Positions 27,008 to 37,322 are shown, numbered from the stretch's first letter. The stretch is 64,000 nucleotides of DNA from Alphaproteobacteria bacterium (GCA_965228895.1 OZ245842.1:1696001-1760000), one strand, 5' to 3'. Numbers and translations are program-made. The notes: generated by a model not told the origin, from the letters alone.

Positions 27008-28030
27008 TTAATGCGACAGATCTTCGTTGTCGCGTACCCATGCGACGTAGTCGGCGATGGCGTCTTCGAGCGGCCGCGGCGACCAGCCGGTGTCGGCCTT
27101 GAGTCGCGAAACATCGTATGCCCCCCAAGCACCGGTCGTACGCGAGGGATTGCCGGTGAGCGTCGCGCTGTCGTCAGTCGTCTCTGACCAAACAAAGCCG
27201 GGAACAGCCGAAGCGACGATGTCGGCGAGCCCGCCGAGCGTGACCGGTTCACCATAGGCGATGTTGTAGACATCGTGGTTAAGCGTTGGTGCATCCAGCA
27301 TGTCGGCGATAGCGCGCGCCACGTCGCCGGCATCGATGAAGTCGCCGATCGCCGACGCGCCGGCGATCGTGACGGTCTCGCCGGCAACCGCTTTGTGGAC
27401 GAGGACATTGGGGTCGCACGCATAGTCGCGGCCGGGCGTCCAACGATCCATGGGCCCATAGACGCTTGCCAATCGGACGATGTGGAGGGGAATCTGAAAG
27501 AGATCGCGGTAGCGCGTGGCGATCAGTTCGCCGGTCAGCTTGGTGATGGGATAAAGCGTACTTGGAAACGGGCGGACATAGCCGTCTTCCGGCAGTGGTG
27601 AACCGTCATCGGGACCGTCGGCGCCGTAGACGCTGCCTGTACTGACATGGATAAAGCGTTTGAGTCCCGGCAGGGCGCGGGCCAGTTCCAGCGCATGCAC
27701 CGTGCCCATGACATTGACGCCGGCGATCATGGCCGCCTGGCTCGCCTCGGTGGTGCCGGAGGTCGGCGTCATGGCAGCGCCATGGACCAGGCGGTCGATA
27801 TCGTGCTCACGGGCCAGCTCGGGCAAGATGCCGGGATCGCGGAGATCTCCGGTGACAGTTGTCAATCGGTCCGCGACCGGCTTGAAGAATCGCCGGGCGA
27901 TGGCGTCCGGATCGGCGATGTCGACGAGGACCACCCGCTGGTCCGTGTGGCGCTCAAGCCAATGACGAACGAGGTTGCTCATGACAAATCCGGTGCCGCC
28001 GGTAACCAACATGCCCATGGCTATCCCCAT
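27008..28030 (-). CDS. NAD-dependent epimerase/dehydratase (extended SDR)
   Basis: LVTGGTGFV, STGSVYG, YPITK. Confidence 0.85.
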   Translation of the reverse strand: MGIAMGMLVTGGTGFVMSNLVRHWLERHTDQRVVLVDIADPDAIARRFFKPVADRLTTVTGDLRDPGILPELAREHDIDRLVHGAAMTPTSGTTEASQAAMIAGVNVMGTVHALELARALPGLKRFIHVSTGSVYGADGPDDGSPLPEDGYVRPFPSTLYPITKLTGELIATRYRDLFQIPLHIVRLASVYGPMDRWTPGRDYACDPNVLVHKAVAGETVTIAGASAIGDFIDAGDVARAIADMLDAPTLNHDVYNIAYGEPVTLGGLADIVASAVPGFVWSETTDDSATLTGNPSRTTGAWGAYDVSRLKADTGWSPRPLEDAIADYVAWVRDNEDLSH

Positions 28031-28055
28031 CGTCGTCGTGACAAATTGTGATAAT

Positions 28056-28065
28056 GTTGTACAAC
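28056..28065. promoter_or_regulatory. Palindrome GTTGTACAAC (GntR-family-like operator) in a divergent promoter
   Basis: Perfect 10-bp palindrome directly after TGTGATAAT in an AT-rich intergenic region. Confidence 0.4.
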
Positions 28066-28108
28066 CCCGTCACCAGTGTGACGTCCAAGATGAAGAGGAT
28101 ACAAGATC

Positions 28109-28873
28109 GTGGCAACAAACACCGCCCTCAGACCCGCCGAGTTCAGTGCCGAGGAATGGGAATTGCGCTGCAATCTGGCAGCGCTCTACCGGGCCTTCGT
28201 GCGCTATGGCTGGACCGACTTGATCTATACGCATATCTCCGCGCGCCTGCCGGAAGAGGGGCTATATCTGCTCAATCCCTATGGCCTGCTGTTCGAGGAG
28301 ATCACCGCGTCCAACCTGATCACGCTGGACTATGACGGCAATGTCGTGCGCGGTGACTATCCCTGCAACGATGCCGGCCATGCGATCCACCATGCGGTGT
28401 TGAAGGCCAGGCCCGACGTCAACTGGGTGCTGCACAGCCACACGCGGGCCGGCATGGCGGTTTCATGCATGAAGTGCGGACTGCTGCCGTTGGTGCAACA
28501 GTCGATGTTCTACCAGGGCCACATCTCCTATCACGACTGGGACGTCCAGACCTCCGGTCAGGAAGAGTGCGATGCGCTGGCCGCTGATCTGGGCCCGAAG
28601 AACATGGCGATGATCCTGCGCAATCACGGGCTGCTTGCCTGTGGCCGCACGGTCGGCGACGCCTTCGTGACGCTCTATAACCTGGAAGTCGGCTGCAAGG
28701 TGCAGGTCGACGTCATGCAATCGGGCCAGGAGATCGTGCTGCCGGGCGATGAGGAACTGGCGCGCACCGCCGCCTACGGTGACCCCGACAGCCCCGAGGG
28801 TCTGGGCGGTGAGCGCGAGTGGGATGCCATCATCCGCTGGCTCGAGCGCACGGACACCAGCTATCGGACCTAA
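28109..28873 (+). CDS. Class II aldolase/adducin family protein
   Basis: WTDLIYTHISAR, LNPYGLLFEEITASNL, VLHSHT, ILRNHG. Confidence 0.9.
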   Translation: MATNTALRPAEFSAEEWELRCNLAALYRAFVRYGWTDLIYTHISARLPEEGLYLLNPYGLLFEEITASNLITLDYDGNVVRGDYPCNDAGHAIHHAVLKARPDVNWVLHSHTRAGMAVSCMKCGLLPLVQQSMFYQGHISYHDWDVQTSGQEECDALAADLGPKNMAMILRNHGLLACGRTVGDAFVTLYNLEVGCKVQVDVMQSGQEIVLPGDEELARTAAYGDPDSPEGLGGEREWDAIIRWLERTDTSYRT

Positions 28874-28919
28874 AGGCCGATCGTCCCGCATCGGGCCGAT
28901 GTGGGACGCGAATCGGCCT
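28874..28919. terminator. Long hairpin between convergent genes
   Basis: AGGCCGAT-CGTCCCGCATCG-ggc-CGATGTGGGACG-cga-ATCGGCCT. Confidence 0.55.
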
Positions 28920-28931
28920 CGGGCTTAACGC

Positions 28932-30545
28932 CTAGTTCAGATAGTCGGCGTCTTCGCGCACCTGGATCAGTACCGGGCGGCCGGCGGTGAAGCCGTCGCG
29001 CATGGCGCCGGTCAGGCTGTCCAGACTATCAGGCTCAACGGCTTCGGCGCCGAATGCTTTGGCCAGGGCCAGGTAGTCGGGATTGCGCGGGCTGACGCCG
29101 ATCGGCTTGATGTCCTTGTCGATCATGTCGTCGCGGATCTGACCGAGCCCGTCGTTGTTCCACAGGATGATCGGCAAGCTGACACCTTCATCGACGCCGG
29201 TTGCCAGTTCCTGAACGGTGAACAGGAACCCGGCATCACCGGCAAGCGTCACACCGGGCCGGTTCGGTGCACCCAGCCGCGCTCCGATCGCCGACGGCAT
29301 GGCCGAACCCAGGGTGCAGTAGCCGCTGGGATGTGTGTAGCTGCGCGGCGTTGACGTCGGGTAATAGGTGTTCGCCATGTAGCCGGGTTGCGTCGCATCG
29401 GTGATCAACCAGCCGTTTTCCGGTACGGCGGCGCGGATGGCATCCAGGACCTTCGCGTGTTTCTTGGCTTTGTCACCCGCCATCGCTTCCTCGATGACCG
29501 CCTTTCGCAAGGCGGCGATGGCCTGACCGTCGCTGAAACCGCGACCATTCGCAGCGGCGGGCAGGGCGTCGGCCAGCATGGAAAGCGCTGCGCCGCCATC
29601 GCCCAGGATGGCGGCGTCCGGCGGCAGGTCGCGCGACAGGTTTTCGACATCGATGTCGATGCGGATCAGCTTACCGTTGATCGGCAGGAAACCCGGTACC
29701 CAGGTATCGGTCTCGGAGAGTTCCGAGCCGACGGCGATCACCACGTCCGCTTCGCCGATAAACGTGTGGACCAGAGGCGACGACATGCCGCTGCCGGCAT
29801 TAAGCGGATGGTCTTCGCTAATCGCGCCTTTGGCGGCCGTGGTCAGCAGGACCGCGGCACCCAGTTTTTCCGCAACAGAGACGATAGCATCGCCGGCCTC
29901 GACGACACCGCCACCAGCGATGATCACGGGCCGTTGTGCGCCCTTACACAGCGCCGCCGCCCGTTCGATCGATGCGGCGGACGGCATGGGCCGGTCGGCA
30001 AGCGGGCTTGCGTCGGCGGCGAACTCGGCGGCTTCGGCGATCTTGTCGATCGGCAGCTCGATATGCACCGGCCGTGGGCGGCTGTTGGCGAAGACCTCGA
30101 ACGCGCGCGAGACGACCGAGGGGATGGTGTTGCTATGCATGATGGTCTGCGAGAAAGCGGTTAGCGGCGCGATCGAAGCGCGCTGGTCGGTGATCTCGTG
30201 CAGCCGCCCACGTCCGGCGCCCAGGTCCTCCGTCGCGTTGGTGCTGGCGATGACCAGCATCGGTTGGGAATCCGCATAAGCGTTGCCGACGGCGGTCGCA
30301 ATATTGGTGACACCGGGACCGGTGATGACGCAGCACACTGCCGGTTTCCCGGTGATGCGGGCGTAACCGTCGGCCATGAAGCCGCCGCCCTGTTCGTGGC
30401 GGAACATCACGTGGTTCATCTCGGTATCGGCGATTCCGCGATAGTACTCCAGCGTGTGGACGCCCGGCATGCCGAACACGGTGTCGATGCCGTAACCCTG
30501 CAGCAACTGCATCAGGGCCTGGCCATTGGTCATGTTCGTGCTCAT
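28932..30545 (-). CDS. aruI: ThDP-dependent 5-guanidino-2-oxopentanoate (2-ketoarginine) decarboxylase
   Basis: GIDTVFGMPGVHTLEYYRG, RHEQGGGFMADGYAR, GDAG...NN ThDP motif; resembles Pseudomonas AruI; start moved to ATG 30545 (GGAGAC RBS). Confidence 0.75.
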   Translation of the reverse strand: MSTNMTNGQALMQLLQGYGIDTVFGMPGVHTLEYYRGIADTEMNHVMFRHEQGGGFMADGYARITGKPAVCCVITGPGVTNIATAVGNAYADSQPMLVIASTNATEDLGAGRGRLHEITDQRASIAPLTAFSQTIMHSNTIPSVVSRAFEVFANSRPRPVHIELPIDKIAEAAEFAADASPLADRPMPSAASIERAAALCKGAQRPVIIAGGGVVEAGDAIVSVAEKLGAAVLLTTAAKGAISEDHPLNAGSGMSSPLVHTFIGEADVVIAVGSELSETDTWVPGFLPINGKLIRIDIDVENLSRDLPPDAAILGDGGAALSMLADALPAAANGRGFSDGQAIAALRKAVIEEAMAGDKAKKHAKVLDAIRAAVPENGWLITDATQPGYMANTYYPTSTPRSYTHPSGYCTLGSAMPSAIGARLGAPNRPGVTLAGDAGFLFTVQELATGVDEGVSLPIILWNNDGLGQIRDDMIDKDIKPIGVSPRNPDYLALAKAFGAEAVEPDSLDSLTGAMRDGFTAGRPVLIQVREDADYLN

Positions 30546-30745
30546 GGGGGTCTCCATTGTTGGGGCCGTCGTGTTGATGCCGTCCGGGGCGCGACGGTCA
30601 GGCAGGGGAGGTGATCTTCGAGGGCGGATCGCCGGCTTGTCAACGTACGCTTGCAAGTCGTTCCAGAATCGTGATGCTGGCGCTGGATCGGCAGCGGGCA
30701 AAGCCGCGCCGGCGACGGATTTCCTACCCTAATCGGAGCCATGCC

Positions 30746-31651
30746 ATGAACCCGCTTCGTAGCCGCAATCCTGAAGGAAACACGCCTGAATTGACCGATT
30801 GGGGCGTCAACTCCGAATACGGCAAGCTGCGCGATGTCCTGCTGGGCCCGGCCGACAACTACCGCTGGCTGCCGACCAGTTCGATCTCCAAGGCGACGTT
30901 GAAGCGCGGTGACAAGTTCGACAAGCAGCTCGCCATGCGGCAGCACCGCGAAATGGTCGACGCCTATAACGACGCCGGCGTCAACGTGCACTTCCTGGAT
31001 CCAGACGAGGAGCTGCCCTATCAGGTCTACGCCCGCGATAGCTCCTTCATGACGCCCTATGGCGCGGTGGTGACGCAGATGGCGCAGTGGTGGCGGCGCG
31101 GCGAGTACGGCCCGGTCATGCGTTTCTATCTGGAAAACGACATTCCGATCTATGACATGGTGACCGCCGGTTCGTTCGAGGGTGGCGACTTCGACGTCAT
31201 CGAGCCGGGCACCGTCCTGATCGGCTTCTGCGGCGAGCGCACCCAGGAACAGTCGGCCGAGCAGGTCAAACGCTGGTTCGACAAGGAAGGTTGGGAGGTG
31301 AAGCTGGCGCCAATCGCCGAACACTACGTCCACATCGACCTGATGGTCTGCATGCTGGCGGAAAAGCTCTGCGCGGTGTGCCTGGATACGACTGATCCGG
31401 AAATCGTCGACTGGCTGAAGGCCAAGAAGATCGAAATCGTGCCGGTCAACTATCAGGACACCATGGCGCTTGCCTGCAATGTCATGGCGCTGGGCGACGA
31501 CAAGATCCTGGCCCCGGCTCACGCCAAGGACCTGGTCGACAAGCTGAAGGCCCAGGGTTTCGAGGTCTACGATCCCGCCATGGATGTCTTCACCCGTGGC
31601 GGCGGCGGCATTCATTGCATGGCCCAGGCGCTACGCCGCGATCGCGTGTAG
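30746..31651 (+). CDS. Amidinotransferase / dimethylarginine dimethylaminohydrolase (pentein) family enzyme
   Basis: VNSEYGKLRDVLL, YARD, RRGE, FEGGD, HID, GGGGIHCM (Cys-His-Asp triad). Confidence 0.85.
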   Translation: MNPLRSRNPEGNTPELTDWGVNSEYGKLRDVLLGPADNYRWLPTSSISKATLKRGDKFDKQLAMRQHREMVDAYNDAGVNVHFLDPDEELPYQVYARDSSFMTPYGAVVTQMAQWWRRGEYGPVMRFYLENDIPIYDMVTAGSFEGGDFDVIEPGTVLIGFCGERTQEQSAEQVKRWFDKEGWEVKLAPIAEHYVHIDLMVCMLAEKLCAVCLDTTDPEIVDWLKAKKIEIVPVNYQDTMALACNVMALGDDKILAPAHAKDLVDKLKAQGFEVYDPAMDVFTRGGGGIHCMAQALRRDRV

Positions 31652-31801
31652 AGGAGCCCCACCGCAAAAACGCACAGACATTCGCGGCGGAGAAGCGTTT
31701 GTCATTGCGAGTAACAGATTTCATGTGGTTACATAACGCCTGACATAAAAAGGATGTGCCGGCCGTTCTCTGACGGTCGGACGTGATCTGGGAGTGCGGG
31801 T

Positions 31802-32899
31802 GTGGAGAGGACCACCGACGGTGCGGTCGCGCATAGCCTGACCTTGCGTGGTGTCTCCAAGCACTACGGCCCGGTCAGGGCGGTTGACGACGTCGATCTT
31901 ACCGTACCGCGCGGCGAGTTCCTGACGCTGCTTGGCCCATCGGGTTCCGGCAAGACGACAATTTTGATGATGATCGCCGGCTTCGTGCGCCCGACCGCCG
32001 GCGACGTCGTGCTCGATGACCACACCATCACCCATTTGCCGCCGGAAAAACGCAATTTCGGCATGGTGTTTCAGGGCTACGCGCTGTTTCCCCACATGAC
32101 CGTCGGCGAGAATGTCGGCTTCGGCCTGAAGGTGCGGCGCATGGCGCGTGACAAGGCCGCCGGGTTGGTCGACGAAGCGCTTGACCTCGTCCAACTCGGC
32201 CATTTGCGCGACCGGCTGCCGCGCCAGCTTTCCGGCGGTCAGCAGCAGCGCGTCGCGCTCGCCCGCGCGCTCGCCTTCTCACCCGACATTTTGCTGCTGG
32301 ACGAACCGTTGGGCGCGCTCGACAAGAAACTGCGCAGCGAAGTCCAGATCGAGCTGAAGGACCTGCACCGCCGGGTCGGTAGGACGTTCCTATACGTCAC
32401 CCATGATCAGGAAGAAGCGCTCAGCATGTCCGACCGCATCGCTATCGTGCGCGACGGCAAGTTTGTTCAGATTGGCCGGCCCGACGAGCTCTACGAGAAG
32501 CCGGCGAGCCGATTTGTCGCCGACTTCCTGGGCGACAGCAACTTCATCACAGGCCGCGTCGGACCGGCAGACGAGGCCGGTTTCATGATCGATACAGACG
32601 GCGCTGGCTTGCGGCAGTCCGGTGATGCGCCGGACGAGAGCGAGGCGTTGATCGCGCTGCGGCCCGAGAAAATCGCGGTCCGTTCGTCGGCGGTGAACAA
32701 TGGCGAAAACTGCGTCGCCGGCATTGTCGAAGCGTTCAACTATTTCGGCTCGACCATCCATTTCATTGTGCGCACTGAGTCTCTTGGCCCGATCAAAGCA
32801 TCGGTAAGAGCCTGGCAGGCCGACGTTGCGCCGGAGGAAGGCAAACAGGTTTTTCTGACATGGGCGCCGGATGCGTCCGTGGTCGTACGGGACGACTGA
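31802..32899 (+). CDS. Polyamine/opine-type ABC transporter ATPase (PotA-like)
   Basis: GPSGSGKT, LSGGQQQR, LLLDEP, TOBE C-terminus. Confidence 0.93.
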   Translation: MERTTDGAVAHSLTLRGVSKHYGPVRAVDDVDLTVPRGEFLTLLGPSGSGKTTILMMIAGFVRPTAGDVVLDDHTITHLPPEKRNFGMVFQGYALFPHMTVGENVGFGLKVRRMARDKAAGLVDEALDLVQLGHLRDRLPRQLSGGQQQRVALARALAFSPDILLLDEPLGALDKKLRSEVQIELKDLHRRVGRTFLYVTHDQEEALSMSDRIAIVRDGKFVQIGRPDELYEKPASRFVADFLGDSNFITGRVGPADEAGFMIDTDGAGLRQSGDAPDESEALIALRPEKIAVRSSAVNNGENCVAGIVEAFNYFGSTIHFIVRTESLGPIKASVRAWQADVAPEEGKQVFLTWAPDASVVVRDD

Positions 32900-32992
32900 A
32901 ATGATCCGTGACATGTCGCCAGTCGCCTCGCCATGCAACCCCATGCCGGCCACCTTTGGCCGGCCGATGTCACATCCGCACAGGAGGACACC

Positions 32993-34105
32993 ATGACTGC
33001 GTTTCTGAAAGACTGTGCCGCCATCGCCGCTGACAATCTTCGGTCCGGCCTCATCGATCGGCGGACGTTCAGCAAGATCTGCGCGCTTGCCGGCGTGGCG
33101 CCCGCCGCCGCTGGCTTCGCCGGGCGTGCCCAGGCCGCCGGCGAAATCGTCGTTGCGAACTGGGGCGGTGACGCGGTCGATGCTTATGCCAACGGCTGGG
33201 GCATACCCTTCACCGAGGATACGGGTGTCGAAGTCATCATCGATGGCGCCGGGCCGCTGGAAGGCAAGATCAAGGCGATGGTCGATGAAGACAACGTCAT
33301 CTGGGACATCACCGACAACGATATGTTCTCGGCGATGAACCTGGGCCGTCAGGGTTACCTGGAGAAACTCGACTATTCGATCATCGATAAGGACAAGGTG
33401 CGTCCGGGCTATTGGCACGAATACGGCATCTGCGATTACAACTATTCCTTCGTGCTCGCCTACAACAAGGACGCCTTTGACGGTGACGAGCCGACATCAT
33501 GGGCCGATATGCTGGATGTCGACCGCTTCCCGGGCAAACGCACGGCCTGGCAGTACGGCATGGGCGCGGCCGAAGCCTTCGCCATGGCAAGCGGCGTCGC
33601 GCCGGAGAACCTTTATCCCATTGATATCCCGCGCGCCCTGGGCGCTGCCCAATCAATCGCCGACAACATGATCTATTGGGGTTCCGGCGCCGAAAGCCAG
33701 CAGATGTTCCTGGACGGCGAGGTCACCATGGGCTGCATCTGGCACACCCGTGCCAGCGTCTTGGAGCGCGATACCGGCGGCGCGGTGACCTGGACCTGGG
33801 CCGACGGCCTGTTCTGTCCGGCCGCCTGGCTGATCCCACGTGGCGCGCCAAACGTGGACGATGCCCAGCGTTTCATCGCCTCGGCACAGGATCCGGCGGG
33901 ACAGATCGAGGTCCTGAAGGCGCTCGGCAACGGACCGGCCAACCCGGAAGGCTCGGCCATGCTGGAAGGCGATCCCGAGCTGTCGCGTATCGACCCGGGT
34001 TTCGCGCCCAATCTGGCTCAGCAGGTGGAGTCGGATCAGGAGTACTACTCCCGTGAATTCGACAATCTGCTTGGCGCTTGGCTCGATGGCATCGCCACGG
34101 GCTGA
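32993..34105 (+). CDS. ABC substrate-binding protein (PotD-like), Tat signal
   Basis: AGGAGG RBS; IDRRTFSK twin-Arg; ANWGG, PTSWAD. Confidence 0.88.
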   Translation: MTAFLKDCAAIAADNLRSGLIDRRTFSKICALAGVAPAAAGFAGRAQAAGEIVVANWGGDAVDAYANGWGIPFTEDTGVEVIIDGAGPLEGKIKAMVDEDNVIWDITDNDMFSAMNLGRQGYLEKLDYSIIDKDKVRPGYWHEYGICDYNYSFVLAYNKDAFDGDEPTSWADMLDVDRFPGKRTAWQYGMGAAEAFAMASGVAPENLYPIDIPRALGAAQSIADNMIYWGSGAESQQMFLDGEVTMGCIWHTRASVLERDTGGAVTWTWADGLFCPAAWLIPRGAPNVDDAQRFIASAQDPAGQIEVLKALGNGPANPEGSAMLEGDPELSRIDPGFAPNLAQQVESDQEYYSREFDNLLGAWLDGIATG

Positions 34106-34140
34106 TCGGGGCTGGACGACTTAGGCAGGGTGGGAGCGGC

Positions 34141-34986
34141 ATGACCGTATTGGGCCTGCGCCGGATCGATTCCTATTGGGTCTTGGTCCTGCCGCTCCTT
34201 CTGCTGCTGGTGGCGCTCTACCTCTACCCGGTCATCAAGGTTCTGATCGTCAGCGTTACCGACCCGACAACCGGTTTCGGAAACTACGAGCTGCTGGCCA
34301 CTAACGGCGGTATCCAGAGGATGCTGTGGGTGACGTTGCGTGTTTGTGTCGTCACCTCCGTCATTACCATGCTGCTGGGTTACGTGGTCGCCTATGTCCT
34401 GGTCCATGTCGGCGATCGGCACCGGCTGTGGATGATGCTGTTCATCCTGATCCCGTTTTGGGTATCCGTTCTGATTCGTTCGTTTTCCTGGCTGATCCTG
34501 CTGCGCCCTGACGGCTTGGTGAATGATGTGCTGGTCGGATCCGGTCTTGTCGGCGCGCCGCTTGATCTCGTGCGCAATGAGACGGGTGTCGTGATCGGTA
34601 TGGTCCACTACATGCTGCCGATCGCCGTCCTGCCGCTCTATGCCAACATGCGCGGCATTGACCGCAGTCTGGTGGCTGCTGCGCGCGGTTTGGGTGCGGG
34701 CCCCTTCGAATCGTTCTGGCGCGTGTTCCTCCCGCTCAGCTTGGCCGGTGTCGCCGGTGCCGGCCTGCTGGTCTTCATCTTTTCGCTCGGCTTCTTCGTG
34801 ACGCCCGCCATTTTGGGCGGCGGCAAGACGATCATGATCGCTGAATATGTCAGTATCCAGATTCTGACCATCGTCAAGTGGGGTACCGGCGCGATGCTGT
34901 CTGTCGTGTTGTTGGCGACGGTCGCTCTATTAATCATGGCGATGTCGCGGGTGATCAACGTGCGCGAAATGTTTGGAGCCAAGTGA
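34141..34986 (+). CDS. ABC permease (PotB-like)
   Basis: PFWVSVLIR, AARGLGA (EAA loop), FVTPAILGG. Confidence 0.9.
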   Translation: MTVLGLRRIDSYWVLVLPLLLLLVALYLYPVIKVLIVSVTDPTTGFGNYELLATNGGIQRMLWVTLRVCVVTSVITMLLGYVVAYVLVHVGDRHRLWMMLFILIPFWVSVLIRSFSWLILLRPDGLVNDVLVGSGLVGAPLDLVRNETGVVIGMVHYMLPIAVLPLYANMRGIDRSLVAAARGLGAGPFESFWRVFLPLSLAGVAGAGLLVFIFSLGFFVTPAILGGGKTIMIAEYVSIQILTIVKWGTGAMLSVVLLATVALLIMAMSRVINVREMFGAK

Positions 34987-35798
34987 TGGGCACCGAGCGT
35001 GTGAGTTGGCAGTTCTGTCTGGTGGTGGCGCTGGCCTGGGCCATCCTGCTTTTCCTTCTGTTGCCGATTCTGGTCACCGTACCCGTCTCGTTCACGCCCG
35101 AACGCTACGTGTCCATGCCCGAGTTCGGTGAGTGGTCGCTTCGCCCCTATGAATCTGTGTTCGCCGGTGATGATTGGCTGGACAGCATGGGCCAGAGCCT
35201 GATCATTGCCTGCGCGGCGACAGCGCTTTCCGTCACCATCGGGACGCTTGCCGCGGTCGGTCTGTGGCGCTTGTCGTCACGGGTGGCCGACATGGTGCGC
35301 TGGCTGGCCTTGTTGCCGTTGATTGTGCCGCCCGTCGTGTCGGCGCTGGCGTTCTATCAGGTATTTGTTCAGATCAAGCGGATGGTTGGCCTGCGCATGC
35401 TGGACAGTTACATCGGCCTGATCGTCGCCCACGGTATTCTGGCGATCCCATTCGTCGTGATCACCGTGTCGGCGGCTTTGGCCAATCTGGACCTGCGGCA
35501 GGAACAAGCGGCGCGCAGCCTGGGCGCCAACATGCGCCAAACCCTGTGGCACGTGATCTTGCCCAACCTGAAGCCAGGCATTCTGGCCGGCGCAGTGTTC
35601 GCCTTCATCCTTTCCTGGGATGAGATCGTCGTCACACTCTTCATCACCAGTCGTCGCATCTTCACATTGCCGCGGCGAATCTGGAGCGGAATCCGCGAAC
35701 ATCTCGACCCGTCAATTGCAGCAGTCGCCAGTTTGTTGATCGCCGTCACTATTCTTGCCGTGGTCACCGCCGTCTTGATGCGCCGGCGCAAGGCGTGA
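34986..35798 (+). CDS. ABC permease (PotC-like)
   Basis: QEQAARSLGA, FILSWDE, TLP; TGATG overlap with the previous gene. Confidence 0.9.
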   Translation: MGTERVSWQFCLVVALAWAILLFLLLPILVTVPVSFTPERYVSMPEFGEWSLRPYESVFAGDDWLDSMGQSLIIACAATALSVTIGTLAAVGLWRLSSRVADMVRWLALLPLIVPPVVSALAFYQVFVQIKRMVGLRMLDSYIGLIVAHGILAIPFVVITVSAALANLDLRQEQAARSLGANMRQTLWHVILPNLKPGILAGAVFAFILSWDEIVVTLFITSRRIFTLPRRIWSGIREHLDPSIAAVASLLIAVTILAVVTAVLMRRRKA

Positions 35799-36091
35799 TC
35801 GTAAGACAAGCCGATCCGAATATCTGATCTTGAAAAATTGCGTTATTTCAAACGGTTATGATTGATGGGCAGAATCGGTCTCGGATTCGCAGTAGATGTT
35901 GCTGATTGGTTAAACGCAGGCTGAAGAACGGCGAACTTGATGGCCGCCGTCACACCTTCCGACGTTACGGGGAGGGAGCTTGGGGCCGCATACCACTCTT
36001 GTGACGCGGGTCACGCGACATTCGGCCTTGGATACCTCATATCAAGTCCTGACAGAGCGCTCGTGCCCGCAGCAACAGAGGGAACCAGGGG

Positions 36092-36253
36092 ATGCAACAG
36101 CAAGCTACCGCTCAAGGCCACAGCCCCAAGAGCTTCAACATCAGCGCCGTACAGGCAGCAGATGCATTTCGTCAGGCGATCTATGGCCTGGGCTTCGCCG
36201 TCGGCGGCATGCTGGCCGGCCTGATCCTGTCTTTCCTTATCAACCAGATCTAG
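36092..36253 (+). CDS. 53-aa small membrane protein missing from the ORF track
   Basis: MQQQATAQGHSPKSFNISAVQAADAFRQAIYGLGFAVGGMLAGLILSFLINQI*; purine-rich leader AGAGGGAACCAGGGG; one C-terminal TM helix. Confidence 0.55.
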   Translation: MQQQATAQGHSPKSFNISAVQAADAFRQAIYGLGFAVGGMLAGLILSFLINQI

Positions 36254-36307
36254 AACGAAGGGGTCGAGCGCGTCGAACCGCGACGAACCAACCTCCAAAC
36301 CCCCAGC

Positions 36308-36340
36308 AACGGCCGGTGGTCATTTTTGACCCCGGCCGTT
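36308..36340. terminator. Hairpin between the small ORF and convergent gbuA
   Basis: AACGGCCGG-t-GGTCA-tttt-TGACC-CCGGCCGTT. Confidence 0.55.
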
Positions 36341-36365
36341 CGCTATTGGGCTGCGTCTGTTCGCA

Positions 36366-37322
36366 CTAAGTGCGGTACGCCACGTCCGGCAGGACGCACA
36401 GCATTTCGAACAGCATGTTAGCGCCGGTCAGCGCCGTGTTGCCGTGGGGATCATAGGGCGGCGACACTTCCACCAGATCGCCGCCGACTATATCGAGGCC
36501 GCGGCAACCGCGAATGACCTCCAGACCTTGGGCCGATGTCAGGCCTGCGACTTCCGGCGTTCCCGTCCCCGGCGCAAAGGCTGGATCAAGACCGTCGATA
36601 TCGAAGGAGATATAGACCGGCCCGCCGCCGACCTTTTGGCGAACTTCATCCATCAGCGGCGTCAGTGACTTGTTCCAGCATTCCTCGGCTTGCACGACGC
36701 GGAAACCCTGATCGCGTGGCCAGTCGAAATCGTCGGCGTGGTAGCCGGAGCCACGCAGACCGATCTGCACGGTGCGGTTACCGTCGATCAGACCCTCCTC
36801 GACCAGCCGGCGAAACGGCGTGCCATGCGCGATCGGTTCGCCGAACATCAAGTCGTTGACGTCGGCGTGGGCATCGACATGCACCATACCGAGCGGGCCG
36901 TGTTTTTTCTTAAGCGCTCTTAGAATTGGCAAGACAATGGTGTGGTCGCCACCCAGGGTGAGCGGTGTGCAGTCATGGGCGACGATGTTCTTGTCGTAGA
37001 AGTCGGTGATGATGTCCATGCACTTGGGCAGATGAAACGTGTTGATCGGGACATCACCAATGTCAGCGACCTGCAAGCTGTCGAACGGCGCTGCGCGTGT
37101 CGCCATGTTGTAGGGCCGTATGAGGCAGGATTCCGCGCGAATCTGGCGCGGCCCATGACGCGAACCCGCCCGATTCGATGTGCCGATGTCGAGCGGAATG
37201 CCGACGAAACACGCGTCCAGTCCCGCGGCATCCGCCTGCGTCGGCAGGCGCATCATGGTCGCCGGCCCGCCAAAGCGCGGCATATCGTTGCCGCCGAGCG
37301 GCTGGTTGAGTTCCCGTGTCAT
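36366..37322 (-). CDS. gbuA: Guanidinobutyrase / agmatinase (ureohydrolase)
   Basis: QPLGGNDMPRFGG, GGDH, DAHAD, DIDGLDPAFAPGTGTPE, EMLCVLP; closely recalls P. aeruginosa GbuA. Confidence 0.8.
   Translation of the reverse strand: MTRELNQPLGGNDMPRFGGPATMMRLPTQADAAGLDACFVGIPLDIGTSNRAGSRHGPRQIRAESCLIRPYNMATRAAPFDSLQVADIGDVPINTFHLPKCMDIITDFYDKNIVAHDCTPLTLGGDHTIVLPILRALKKKHGPLGMVHVDAHADVNDLMFGEPIAHGTPFRRLVEEGLIDGNRTVQIGLRGSGYHADDFDWPRDQGFRVVQAEECWNKSLTPLMDEVRQKVGGGPVYISFDIDGLDPAFAPGTGTPEVAGLTSAQGLEVIRGCRGLDIVGGDLVEVSPPYDPHGNTALTGANMLFEMLCVLPDVAYRT

Noticed and set aside
28932-30545. ThDP enzyme as the acetolactate synthase partner of budA
   Set aside because: Sequence recalls AruI and the context is guanidino catabolism; 8 kb away in a separate unit. 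Not fully excluded without a phylogeny.
30546-30745. Guanidine riboswitch in the aruI/DDAH intergenic region
   Set aside because: No paired ACGR-loop hairpins or guanidine-I/III consensus recognisable by eye; an Infernal scan would settle it.
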